DNA of 20,320 nucleotides from an uncultured Nitrososphaerales archaeon (GCA_963709405.1 CAVPXM010000003.1:1-20320), one strand, 5' to 3'. Positions 1 to 9,016 are shown, counted from the first letter of the stretch. Notes: generated by a model not told the origin, from the sequence alone. Numbers and translations are program-made.

Positions 1-159
1 CCCTGAAACAGGAACTTTGGTTATATATTATCGGACACAGAGACATTCCATGATAAGTCTAAATTCAATCAATTACAGAAAGATAACAGAAACAAAATTG
101 TGGATTATTTTATGAGTATTAAAGACAAGATAAAATTGGAAGAATTAAGATTTTATTAA
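1..159 (+). pseudogene. 3' end of a hypothetical protein gene, paralogous to 16534..16986; frameshift near 16-18; runs off the window edge
   Basis: Manual translation gives LKQEL/GYILSDTETFHDKSKFNQLQKDNRNKIVDYFMSIKDKIKLEELRFY* (TAA 157-159). This aligns with LKQGLDYVSDKEIFYDKSRFDQLQNDKRDKIVDYFM of the 16534 ORF. Confidence 0.7.
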
Positions 160-278
160 AAGCAAGCAACTGAAGTAGGTACTACTGTAGGTTCAGAATA
201 AATAATAATTATAGATTAATGGATTTTCTGTAGTAATCGACATGGTGCAACAAAACTTTCAATTACTTTCCATACGGT

Positions 279-482
279 TTAATAATTAGCATCTCTCATC
301 CTTTTTAAGTTGAAAGACCTAATTTTTTTGAGGTAATTCTGGGTTCGCACCAGTATATATCGTCCTTGAAGAAAATTTGAGTTTGGTAACCCATCATGGG
401 AATAACAACTGAGGTTGGTTATTCCAATATCATCACCCCAAATGACAAGAATATTTGGTTGTTTTTGTTTTGAAATTGTCAA
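279..482 (-). pseudogene. N-terminal fragment of an arylsulfatase/sulfatase-family protein
   Basis: KQPNILVIWGDDIGITNLSCYS is the sulfatase N-terminal PNILxIxxDD motif. Similarity is lost after about 30 aa and there is no CxPxR motif. Confidence 0.8.
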
Positions 483-732
483 TTTATTTATATTGTAACG
501 GCGTAAGCCATCGATTTAAGTTTATCTAGAAATACCATAGATCATAACAGGACGTCTTAGTAGTTGAAAAATGACTGCGTCACGAACTATGTATTAAACA
601 CAAACAATCTGAAGATATTTCTCAACATTGGTAACATATACACAATAGTGGATGAACGATTATCAGAATTGTTGTTATGACTATTTAGTCCATCAGCAAT
701 TAGAGGCAGTTCTCGTTCATACTGATGGTATC

Positions 733-1029
733 CTATTTAGCCTTTTGTCTGTGCCTAAATTCTAATTCTACTCCACGTTTGTCACTATGGTCAAGGGTAA
801 ATGATTCATTTGACATAATAGGAAAGCTAGTTAATTCGTTATTATTCGCATCGCACTGTGGGCACCTATTCTCCCCTGGTATTCTAGTCTTATCCAAATA
901 AGTTGCACACCAATAACAGTTATCGCATAAAATGAATATTGGCGGTGATGACGACGATGAACGATGAGGTGTTTTAGCAATTAAACTTGAGGAATCATAA
1001 TTAATTAAAGCGGTTGTTTCTTTTGACAT
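733..1029 (-). CDS. Small Cys-rich putative zinc-finger protein (98 aa from ATG 1029)
   Basis: CDNCYWC and CPQC motifs. A TATA-like TTTATAT (1061-1055) lies about 26 nt upstream of ATG 1029, favouring this start over 1137. Confidence 0.7.
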   Translation of the reverse strand: MSKETTALINYDSSSLIAKTPHRSSSSSPPIFILCDNCYWCATYLDKTRIPGENRCPQCDANNNELTSFPIMSNESFTLDHSDKRGVELEFRHRQKAK

Positions 1030-1054
1030 TCCTGCAAAATTGACCAATAACGGG

Positions 1055-1061
1055 ATATAAA
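1055..1061 (-). promoter_or_regulatory. Putative archaeal TATA box for the zinc-finger gene
   Basis: TTTATAT on the minus strand, about 26 nt upstream of ATG 1029; spacing fits a leaderless transcript. Confidence 0.45.
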
Positions 1062-1146
1062 TCGATCGTATACATTTCATGCTGTATGAGATATGTGAAT
1101 ATAGTCCTATATGCATGTACAGACATCTATATCTCATCCCTTTGTG

Positions 1147-1503
1147 TTAACCGTCTCTTATGTCATAGTATTTTTCTATCCGGTTTTTTCCTTCACCTGT
1201 GGCTATCCATTTGTTATCGCTACCATCCTTATATATCCAATTTATTCCTATCATGTAATCTATCCAGACAGATACTAACTCAAAATTGTTTTCAAAATCC
1301 TTTGCAATCTCATCGATACTTTTACCTTTTTTAGTTAAACATGCCAAAATATGATATTCGGTGGGATTTGTCTGAATTTTCCTATGTCCACGCCAGCCTA
1401 CCTGCAAGAATTTTTGGCTTCTGCGACAGTAATGACTATATCTCAGGAGCATGAGAGGATGATGAAAAGTGTAACATTCCTTCCAGCCTAGCAAATTGTC
1501 CAT
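1147..1503 (-). CDS. Small hypothetical protein with a winged-HTH-like C-terminal half; start uncertain
   Basis: NPTEYHILACLTKKGKSIDEIAKDF...WIATGEGKNRIE follows a helix-helix-helix-wing 'T.kG' pattern. The first ~45 aa do not look protein-like. Confidence 0.5.
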   Translation of the reverse strand: MDNLLGWKECYTFHHPLMLLRYSHYCRRSQKFLQVGWRGHRKIQTNPTEYHILACLTKKGKSIDEIAKDFENNFELVSVWIDYMIGINWIYKDGSDNKWIATGEGKNRIEKYYDIRDG

Positions 1504-1527
1504 GTGTTATTACTAGCGCATCAGTTG

Positions 1528-1558
1528 CTAACTAACTAACTAACTAACTTAACTAACT
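1528..1558. repeat. (CTAA)n tetranucleotide microsatellite, about 7 units with one extra T
   Basis: CTAACTAACTAACTAACTAACTTAACTAACT read directly. Confidence 0.9.
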
Positions 1559-1693
1559 GGTCTACTCTTTCCCAAAGGAAAGGGGCCACCAAACGCAAGC
1601 AACTCATTTACACTGACATTTGAAAAAGCTGGAGTATACAATTACTATTGTATATTACATCCCTGGATGAAAGGAAAAGTAATAGTGAAGTAA
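1559..1693 (+). pseudogene. C-terminal fragment of a plastocyanin/azurin-type blue (type 1) copper protein
   Basis: Not in the ORF track. Manual translation GLLFPKGKGPPNASNSFTLTFEKAGVYNYYCILHPWMKGKVIVK* contains the cupredoxin C-x2-H-x2-M loop. No 5' part is present; it begins right at the microsatellite. Confidence 0.85.
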
Positions 1694-1930
1694 AGTTAAC
1701 TGATCTACTTATTGGCTTTCCTTTAAATCAGCTAAGAACATATAGACTCGAAGGAGAAATCACAAGTATTGGATGTGTAGATAGAAAAGTAAGTAAGTTT
1801 CTTTGATTTGATATTCAGTATTTCAATAAAAAGTACAAGTTAAAAATGGTATTACTATGCTAATTGATGAATATAGAAATATAAAGTAAGGCGAAATCTT
1901 ATGTCTCTGCTTTTTCAGAACCCCCGTAAC

Positions 1931-2134
1931 TCAATTTTTCTGTGTAGAACATGAAAGTAATCGAGTAGGGCCACATATTGGACACTTCTTTTGATTGTTA
2001 CCGCCATCACTACTGCTGTTTGGATCAATTACAATAAAACGAGCCTTCTTAAATGTTTCTCCGTTGTATGTTTCTTCTACTTCTATCTTCCTTTCTGACA
2101 AGAATGGGCTTTTCATTAGGACATACATCTCCAT
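1931..2134 (-). CDS. Small hypothetical protein with a single CPIC motif (possibly truncated)
   Basis: 67-aa ORF with ATG start, 3 nt downstream of the 2138..2437 stop. Confidence 0.35.
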   Translation of the reverse strand: MEMYVLMKSPFLSERKIEVEETYNGETFKKARFIVIDPNSSSDGGNNQKKCPICGPTRLLSCSTQKN

Positions 2135-2137
2135 AAA

Positions 2138-2437
2138 TTAGGTGATCTGTTCTATTATCCACTCTTTAAACTTTGTAATTGCAAATACTTCGGATTGCTT
2201 GATAAAAGCAGGATCTTCTATCTTCCATTGATCTTGGGGAACAGAATCAAAAAACTCTTGCATACACAAAGTAAATCTAAAGCGTAAATTCCTTGGATTT
2301 TCAATTATTCCATAACGAGATAAGATATCAGCAATCTTTCCAAATGCAACATCATAGTCTCTTTTAAATGAAGGCATTTCAAAAACCTGATACAATATTG
2401 AAGTTATTGCATCTAGATCTTCACGTATGGCAATCAA
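2138..2437 (-). CDS. Hypothetical alpha-helical protein (possibly the 3' part of a longer broken gene)
   Basis: 99-aa ORF with protein-like composition. TTG start, and the frame stays open to about 2480. Confidence 0.45.
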   Translation of the reverse strand: MIAIREDLDAITSILYQVFEMPSFKRDYDVAFGKIADILSRYGIIENPRNLRFRFTLCMQEFFDSVPQDQWKIEDPAFIKQSEVFAITKFKEWIIEQIT

Positions 2438-2865
2438 GTGGTATATATATTCTGTAATCCGTGTCAGGATTAAACTTATTGTTCAATGAGCCAAATACTT
2501 GTGCTTGGTGAATTATTAACTACTATTGAAAGTATCTCAAATGTGTTGGCAGCTCTGAGACGTAAGGGTGAGGGACGAATATTTGTTAAGTCAACTCCCG
2601 AATCTGCAGCATTCTTGGTGGAGATCTCTCCGAAATAGAAAACTGGTAACATGATACGTATAAGGGTAGGTCTATGCAGGTGAAGTAACTTTATCTTCGC
2701 ATTCGTACCTAAATTTTAGTTCCGAAGTTGTCGGATTTAATCTAAATCATCCGGACAGGTCTGCCAAGAATATCTAGCGGATTTTGTAAAATAAGGACAA
2801 GTGAAAAAACGCCGTAAGTATGACAAATTAGAGGCATCCCTTATCTCGTGAACATTAATAATATT

Positions 2866-2890
2866 AGTCAGTCAAGTCAGTCAATCAGTC
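2866..2890. repeat. Imperfect (AGTC)n microsatellite
   Basis: AGTCAGTCAAGTCAGTCAATCAGTC read directly. Confidence 0.65.
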
Positions 2891-3010
2891 TGTAGCTATT
2901 CTAATCCCAACATAATGTAATAGAATTATGCGATGGGGAATGACCAGTTAATGTTGCAATTCGATCTGTCCGCAGTATAATAAAAAGTTAGCAGAAAATC
3001 TAAAATTGGG

Positions 3011-3775
3011 ATGATATCGGTCTATCTATGGTGCAATAAAACAATAACAAAGCGAAATGTCGATTATGGCAGAGATTGTACGTCGATACTCCTATTTACT
3101 ATAGTTGCTATTTTCGTTGGACTCTCAACAATGCAAGTTACACACGCTTTTAGCCTTAATAATCTTTATTCAAAGCCCCATCTATCAGACGTACAAGAAT
3201 CGATAACCACACACGGTGTAGATGTCGGTAAAATTATACTTTATGGTATAGTTATCATTATTCTAATTCTTACCAGACTCAAATGGGCTAAACATGGGAG
3301 GAAAATAACGAAGCGAAAGGTAAAAGTTGAGACTGTTTTTTTCTCAATATTAGGTTCTATTGTTATATTTGATTCATTTTATGATGTTGGAGTTCCAATA
3401 TTCTATCTTATTCCTTATCTTATTTTGTTTTTTGGACTACAACAGTATTCATATTTACATTCAAATCGGCTCATATCGTTCTGGAAGGAATCCAGGTCGG
3501 GTTCGATTTATGTGAAGGGTGGAACTCACATTCATTTTGCATATGTAGTAGGAACAACATTACGCATAATAATATCTGTCTTGTTCATTGGCAGTTTGTT
3601 CTCATCAAGTCCACGAGGATTAATCCCAGCCGATGAATCAACAATAATGCTTGCAACCATAGCATTTGATTTCTTGTTAGTAATCTCTCTTGCATTGTTA
3701 ACAGGCATAAACAGGAGAATATTTATTCGATACAATCTGATTAACGAAGGAAGAGAGAACGTCTTGGAAAAGTAG
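3011..3775 (+). CDS. Integral membrane protein, DUF1453/CcdC-like
   Basis: 254-aa ORF with an N-terminal signal-like segment and about 5 hydrophobic helices. GRKIT..K, ISFWKE...IYVKGG and LRII resemble the DUF1453 layout; the family call is tentative. Confidence 0.6.
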   Translation: MISVYLWCNKTITKRNVDYGRDCTSILLFTIVAIFVGLSTMQVTHAFSLNNLYSKPHLSDVQESITTHGVDVGKIILYGIVIIILILTRLKWAKHGRKITKRKVKVETVFFSILGSIVIFDSFYDVGVPIFYLIPYLILFFGLQQYSYLHSNRLISFWKESRSGSIYVKGGTHIHFAYVVGTTLRIIISVLFIGSLFSSSPRGLIPADESTIMLATIAFDFLLVISLALLTGINRRIFIRYNLINEGRENVLEK

Positions 3776-4221
3776 CGATGAAATTTTTCTCGTTTATGTA
3801 TAGACTTTGGATTACATTGGAATATTTATTCATATTTACAATTGCATATGCGTCAAAGTTGTCATGAACTACAACACGTGTTTGCTTATGGTTTGTACAA
3901 CTTTCTGCTCCAATTTGTCATAGTTGAGAGTGTTTGTTGCGTTCGTCGCATCAAGAGAAATCAAAATAAGAATGTCTTGAGCTCGACTAGTACAGAATTG
4001 CTTACAGGAAAAGTTTCGTTACCTCACAAGATCTCTTCTCCACTATCCATTATTTCTGTTATTAATCGCTGCAATAGTTGTACCCGCCATACCAAAAAGG
4101 AAAAAAGAAGGTTGTGATATACTAAACTTGGCGACCAAGTCATGGATATAGGACTTCCGCCTATGTATGATATAATGATCCTTAAAAGATCCTGTTATCC
4201 TACGTTTTCATATTATTACCA

Positions 4222-4563
4222 TTGTCACAATTTAGTTACTTCTATTATTTCTTGTTTTCCTTGTTATCAGCAATGTTTTGTTATGAACTTGAATCTATGT
4301 TTGATAATCCCCAAATGAATCAAGAATACATTTTAAGTTTAAGACCTCACCTGGTTTACTATGTAACACAATTATGGCAAGAGATAGAACTGTTGCGTGG
4401 AGACTGCAATCGAGATGAAAAGCAATTTGTTTACTATTGGGAGGAAATAATAAAATATTGTAAGGCAGGAAGCATAATACGAAAACGATATAACAGGTGG
4501 AGCAAAATAGAAGAGACAAACAGGAAATGGGAAGAATTAATTAAGTCTTATAAAACTGGCTAA
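4222..4563 (+). CDS. Hypothetical protein (true start may be an internal ATG)
   Basis: Charged helical C-terminal ~85 aa looks protein-like; no motif recognised. Confidence 0.4.
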   Translation: MSQFSYFYYFLFSLLSAMFCYELESMFDNPQMNQEYILSLRPHLVYYVTQLWQEIELLRGDCNRDEKQFVYYWEEIIKYCKAGSIIRKRYNRWSKIEETNRKWEELIKSYKTG

Positions 4564-4938
4564 CTACAAAATACCTCTACAATAGTTTAAATGATAATCA
4601 TGACAAGTAAGGTGGTGTTGTGCTGTTCGCGAGAGCTCTCATTGAGAATTGCGTATCGACAGCGAAAAAAATGCAAATTTAATTGTAGAGTAGTAAATAA
4701 CGGACGTCACGGTCTATTCCTAGCCGGAAATAATGCCAACGCAGGACGTACATTACGTCTAAGTTGCATGGACAATAGTGCATGGGCAATATATGATAGG
4801 TCATTATTAGGTAATACTTACGTTGGCTCGCCATACAGAAAGTAACGGTCACATTTGTTCCCATATAAGCGCCGTGTTATATGCTAGTACATATGATGAA
4901 CAACGGAGAATAATCTATATATTTTATTTTTTTATTTT

Positions 4939-5754
4939 ATGTGCGGTTGCACAAATCTTGTTATGGTTACAACAGATGACTTTAACCAAATACAGAATAA
5001 AAACGTAAATGATCAAGAAAATGAAAATGGACGCTTGAGCTATTCTGAACTTAAGGACAGACTACGCAATAGAGCTCAACGATATCTTCCTACGAAGGAA
5101 GAGCTGCTATTACTGGCTAAGAAGCTTGAAGATGACTTACACCCAAAAGAGCATATATGTACACAGATCTGCAAAGACTTTGATGACATAGTATCAGACA
5201 AATATATCAGAAATCGCTTGCCAGAGGAATATAAACAAAAATCCAAGATAAGACAAGGGAATTTGCGGAACGGTTCCGCAAACGAAGATAAGAGAGTTAC
5301 AGAACAGTCTGACGAAGAGAAGGACCAGAAGAAAGTTACGGAATCGATCGAGACACCTGCGTCACAAAAGATTCTAGAACGATTTATTATAACAAATGGA
5401 GGTACTGAACCATCATTAATGGATCCTGCGCCACTTGTAGCGGAGTATACCGGGATATCAAGAACAATTCAACAGCAAGAGCAAGAAGAAATAAAAAGAG
5501 AAAATCCACTACAGTCAGTAGTCGACAGATTGGAATCAGAAAGGAAAGAGCATTTAAGACTTATCGAACAACTTAGAGATAAAGAAAAACAGAAACCAAA
5601 ACAAGAACCAATAAATTCAAAAGTAAAAATTCCAGCTAACGATTTAATGAAAATACTAATTAATCGAGCAATTAAAGCAAGAGAGCCTTATGTTGAGCGT
5701 CCTATTGATGAAAATGGAATAGTCCAATTACCAACAGTTAACACAACTTCTTGA
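4939..5754 (+). CDS. Hypothetical protein: helical/HTH-like N-domain, charged linker, coiled coil; probably mobile-element associated
   Basis: 271-aa uninterrupted ORF. ICTQICKDFDDIVSDKYIRNRLPEEYK is HTH-like and LQSVVDRLESERKEHLRLIEQLRDKE is a coiled-coil pattern. Confidence 0.75.
   Translation: MCGCTNLVMVTTDDFNQIQNKNVNDQENENGRLSYSELKDRLRNRAQRYLPTKEELLLLAKKLEDDLHPKEHICTQICKDFDDIVSDKYIRNRLPEEYKQKSKIRQGNLRNGSANEDKRVTEQSDEEKDQKKVTESIETPASQKILERFIITNGGTEPSLMDPAPLVAEYTGISRTIQQQEQEEIKRENPLQSVVDRLESERKEHLRLIEQLRDKEKQKPKQEPINSKVKIPANDLMKILINRAIKAREPYVERPIDENGIVQLPTVNTTS
5262..5282. repeat. Perfect 21-bp palindrome inside the CDS
   Basis: TTTGCGGAAC-G-GTTCCGCAAA: 10-bp arms, 1-nt spacer. Confidence 0.9.
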
Positions 5755-6137
5755 CTCATAGTTAATTATTGTTTCATAGGCATTTTTACAGTCTCGGAAT
5801 CTATTTTTACAAACTCGATCATTAGTTCACGATAACTGAAAGCCTGCAAACCCCTTTTCTTTATTATTGATGAGAATATGCTTGAGGCCTCTGGTTAACC
5901 CATAAGTGTATCTTCGCTTAGTTACTTGGCTATTTATCACAAAGGTGACTATACCTTAAGGATTTGAATCCATGTTCAGGCACCCATCTACCACATTTTG
6001 TTCTTACATTATTTTTTCCTTTTTCGTTAACTCCCAATCGAGAACCAATGCGAATGTGGGCCGAAAGGGTTGTGAATCAAATTTGACACGAATTGTGGGC
6101 CCAAATATGTCAGTAAAGATCGTTTGGCTAATGTAGT

Positions 6138-6972
6138 ATGCAATTGTTGGTTAGGATTGAGAGGAATTTGAGGTTTGATTTGTTTGACAAAGATACTATC
6201 TCAGATACTGTCACTTTTAAATCTGCGGTTGAAGTTGCCGATAAAAATCAAAAACAGGAACGGCTTTCAACTGGTTCAAAAAATATTGATTGTCTACTGG
6301 ATGGGGGGTTGGAATGTGGTGCTATTACTCTATTTTATGGAGCATCAAAAGTTCGGAAGACACACCTATGCCATCTATTATGCGCAGTCCTATCTCCATA
6401 TTACAGGGCCATTTACATCGATACACAGGACGGATTCAGGACCATAAGATCAAATCTATTGCACGGACTCGAGGATTAAATCCCAGCAAAATATTAGAAA
6501 ACACTACTGTTGCAAAAGCAGGTACTACAAGTGAGCAGGAACAATGCATTGAATCCGCTAAAATCAAAATTAAATCTGAATCCGATGTTAAACTATTGAT
6601 CCTTGATTCTATGACTCATTTGTACAAATTGGAATATCCCGAACGATCGTCAGCTAACTGTAAGACAGTCCAAAATGAACAAGTATTTGCACATGTTATT
6701 GCGGATAGCACAGACGAACGACATTGCAGTCGTAATAACAAATCAAGTTCATTCAAATCTACAGCCATACTCTGAAGCCGAGAAGTCAGCCGATAGGTGG
6801 AAATGTCCTTTCCTATTCAAGCAAGTATATCGTCAATATTGAAGGTTATGGATTTCACTATCGCAGAGCAATATTAGAAAAACATCCCTACAGACCCTAC
6901 TTTAGTGTCCCGCTAATGATAGACGACAGGGGATTTGTGGATAGAGATCCTTTCACACATGCAGATGAGTAG
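6138..6972 (+). pseudogene. RadA/Rad51-family ATPase paralogue with three frameshifts (~6444, ~6650, ~6786)
   Basis: LSTGSKNIDCLLDGGLECGAIT, degenerate Walker A GASKVRKT, IYIDT, Walker B LLILDS, IAVVITNQV, PIGGNVLSYSS and a C-terminal HPYRP...IDDRGFVD are distributed over four successive frame segments. Stop is TAG 6970-6972. Confidence 0.9.
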
Positions 6973-7160
6973 TCATATCATAACTGAATTGCATTTAATG
7001 GGCCAATTAATTTATTTGGTACTATACTACGTAGGCAGCGCTTACCCTTGTCGTCTGTCTGTTAATCAATAATATCAAATAGATCATAACTGTAAATTTG
7101 AGGTCTAGATAGAAACCTTCACAATTACCCTATTTAGTATGCCAAAATTCAAACTAATTT

Positions 7161-7520
7161 TCATCCTCTCAAAAAACCTGTAGTAATGCCAATTGCCATA
7201 CTTCCTGTAAACGGAATGGCCAAATCACCTATACTGTATGAAACAATATTAAGTTGGCCTTCTATTTGCGAGATGACAGCTGATGGACTTGGTATGGCAG
7301 TTATAACTTTATCAGCAATATTTTGAATCTTGTCCATGTTCTTTGTTATTAATCCTTGGTATTGTAAGTACATTAGGGAAGAAAGTATTCCGCCTAGAGC
7401 AAATAAGACAAGTTTGAGTAGTTTGCGAAGAAAATATCCAATTAAAATGCCTATCAAGAAGCCGCCTCCAACGGTAGCTATATCGAAGATAATTTCGTGA
7501 CTCATTTTATGGTACTCCAT
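7161..7520 (-). CDS. FUN14-family membrane protein
   Basis: GGGFLIGILIGYFLRKLLKLVLFALG..LMYLQYQGLI and C-terminal PFTGSMAIGITTGFLRG are typical FUN14 motifs. Confidence 0.85.
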   Translation of the reverse strand: MEYHKMSHEIIFDIATVGGGFLIGILIGYFLRKLLKLVLFALGGILSSLMYLQYQGLITKNMDKIQNIADKVITAIPSPSAVISQIEGQLNIVSYSIGDLAIPFTGSMAIGITTGFLRG

Positions 7521-7552
7521 GTTCTAGGTACTAGTAGGATATCCATTGTAAT

Positions 7553-7657
7553 CGCATCATAATAGTTGCGAGAATTGTTAAAAGTCCCTATCATCCTGAT
7601 AAGGAAACATATTTTAGCCTAGGTGAAAAAGGGTTAGAGGATAATCTACAAATATAA
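7553..7657 (+). pseudogene. C-terminal remnant of a second RadA-like gene
   Basis: Not in the ORF track. RIIIVARIVKSPYHPDKETYFSLGEKGLEDNLQI* matches the RadA/Rad51 C-terminal pattern RiAriv.SP..Pe.e..F.i...Gi.D. Confidence 0.7.
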
Positions 7658-7796
7658 TCCACAAAGAAAGTATTTTCTGATCTCGATAGTGAATCAAAAT
7701 TCCATGTCGAAGATGAGTATTAAGTATTATTTAGTTGTGTTGTATTGGTACAAACTCTGCTTTGATATAAACTAGTTGATAATCCTGGGAAGGCCT

Positions 7797-7812
7797 CCGC
7801 TCAAATGAGCGG
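7797..7812. repeat. GC-rich intergenic inverted repeat
   Basis: CCGCTCA-AA-TGAGCGG: 7-bp arms. Confidence 0.6.
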
Positions 7813-8465
7813 TTCATTATATGGTTATATAGTTATGTGAGGATCAGCGGAAGATAGGGCTGAAATTACACAGATATAAGAAATATTCTAATTTTTCGTC
7901 TTTTTTTATTTCAGAAAAAATCTATACAATATATGCATATTGGGGATAAGTCTAGACATAGAATTACGATTAATAATTTCAGACATTCACAAAAGGGAAA
8001 CCACGTTCAGGGAACCCGAAATCTCACTACTAACATCTGTTGACTGGCCAGTTCAAATGAAGAGGTGCTCCGATGAGGAAGAATACAAGTCCACATAAAG
8101 AATTTGCCAATACAGATATTAACAAAATTATAGATTGTTTTGTCGATCTGAACAATATTTGCAGGACATGTGGTCAAGATCATTCTTCTACTCCAAAGTA
8201 TGAAGACATAAGAAGCAGTATAGATTTTCTAAACAATTCAAAAGAAAATTCAAACCCACTTAAATAAGCGAGTTGGATAAATCAAATCTTAATTCATTAC
8301 CTGGTTACCCACAGTTTCCTCTTCAATTTGCGTCCAGAAGGAGATGTTAATGAAAAAATAAAGTTCTTAAAAAAGATCTCACAAAAATAGCCAGGAGTAT
8401 TTATTGAATCCACACTGATATGATTGAATAGATCAATGGATAGATCTTCATTGGGTCACTTTACA

Positions 8466-8985
8466 TTAGTAAACTATTTTCTCTTTTATCATGATATTTC
8501 TAGATGATAATATTCCTTTATCTGTTAGTGCATTCTCAACTTCGTTACTACCTCTTTCTTTATTGTTGATATATTCTTCATTATTATTCTCGAATTCTCT
8601 TGCTGATTCTTTCAGTTCAAGTCTTTCTTGATGCAGAGTGTCTATTAGAGCTGATTCTTCTCTGTATGATGTACGATATTGAACCAAAGTAGCATGTAAA
8701 TCAAATATTTCTTTCTCTAGACTCTCCTTCTTAGATTCTAGGAGATCTACCTCTCTTCGTAATCCTTCGTATTTAGCCTGTACGATTGGCAATTCATTAT
8801 TGGCAATTTCGAGAAGTTTTTTGACATGCTTAAGATCCATACCTGCAGCTCTCGATCAATCTGTAGAGTTCTACGATGGCCCAAATATCCTCTTTAACAT
8901 GTTGATGAACCTGGTAAAGACTATAAAGTTGCTGTAGCTTCCAGTACCGTCTATACAATTCATGCACTTCCGCCTCCTTCACACC
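8466..8985 (-). pseudogene. 5'-truncated, frameshifted coiled-coil protein gene
   Basis: 8985..8830 reads GVKEAEVHELYRRYWKLQQLYSLYQVHQHVKEDIWAIVELYRLI. It shifts near 8853 into RAAGMDLKHVKKLLEIANNELP... (ORF 8466..8840, long heptad pattern). Confidence 0.65.
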
Positions 8986-9008
8986 GGCTCATTAGTAGAA
9001 TTGCTGCA

Positions 9009-9016
9009 TTAACTTT
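9009..9016 (+). repeat. Left 8-bp target-site duplication TTAACTTT
   Basis: Identical to 9945..9952 and immediately outside the left TIR. Confidence 0.9.

Noticed and set aside
2486-2638. 50-aa plus-strand ORF (GEGRIFVKST, faintly HATPase-like)
   Set aside because: No N or G boxes; the antisense frame is equally open, so it cannot be supported.
3532-5008. Short ORFs 3532, 3842, 4295, 4591, 4679, 4823
   Set aside because: Antisense to better ORFs or lacking protein-like composition and motifs.
6175-6447. 90-aa ORF overlapping the radA-like gene
   Set aside because: Alternative frame with no motifs; the RadA motifs lie in the other frames.
6138-6972. Programmed frameshifting or a split functional RadA
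   Set aside because: Three shifts with no slippery heptamers plus a mutated Walker A fit decay better.
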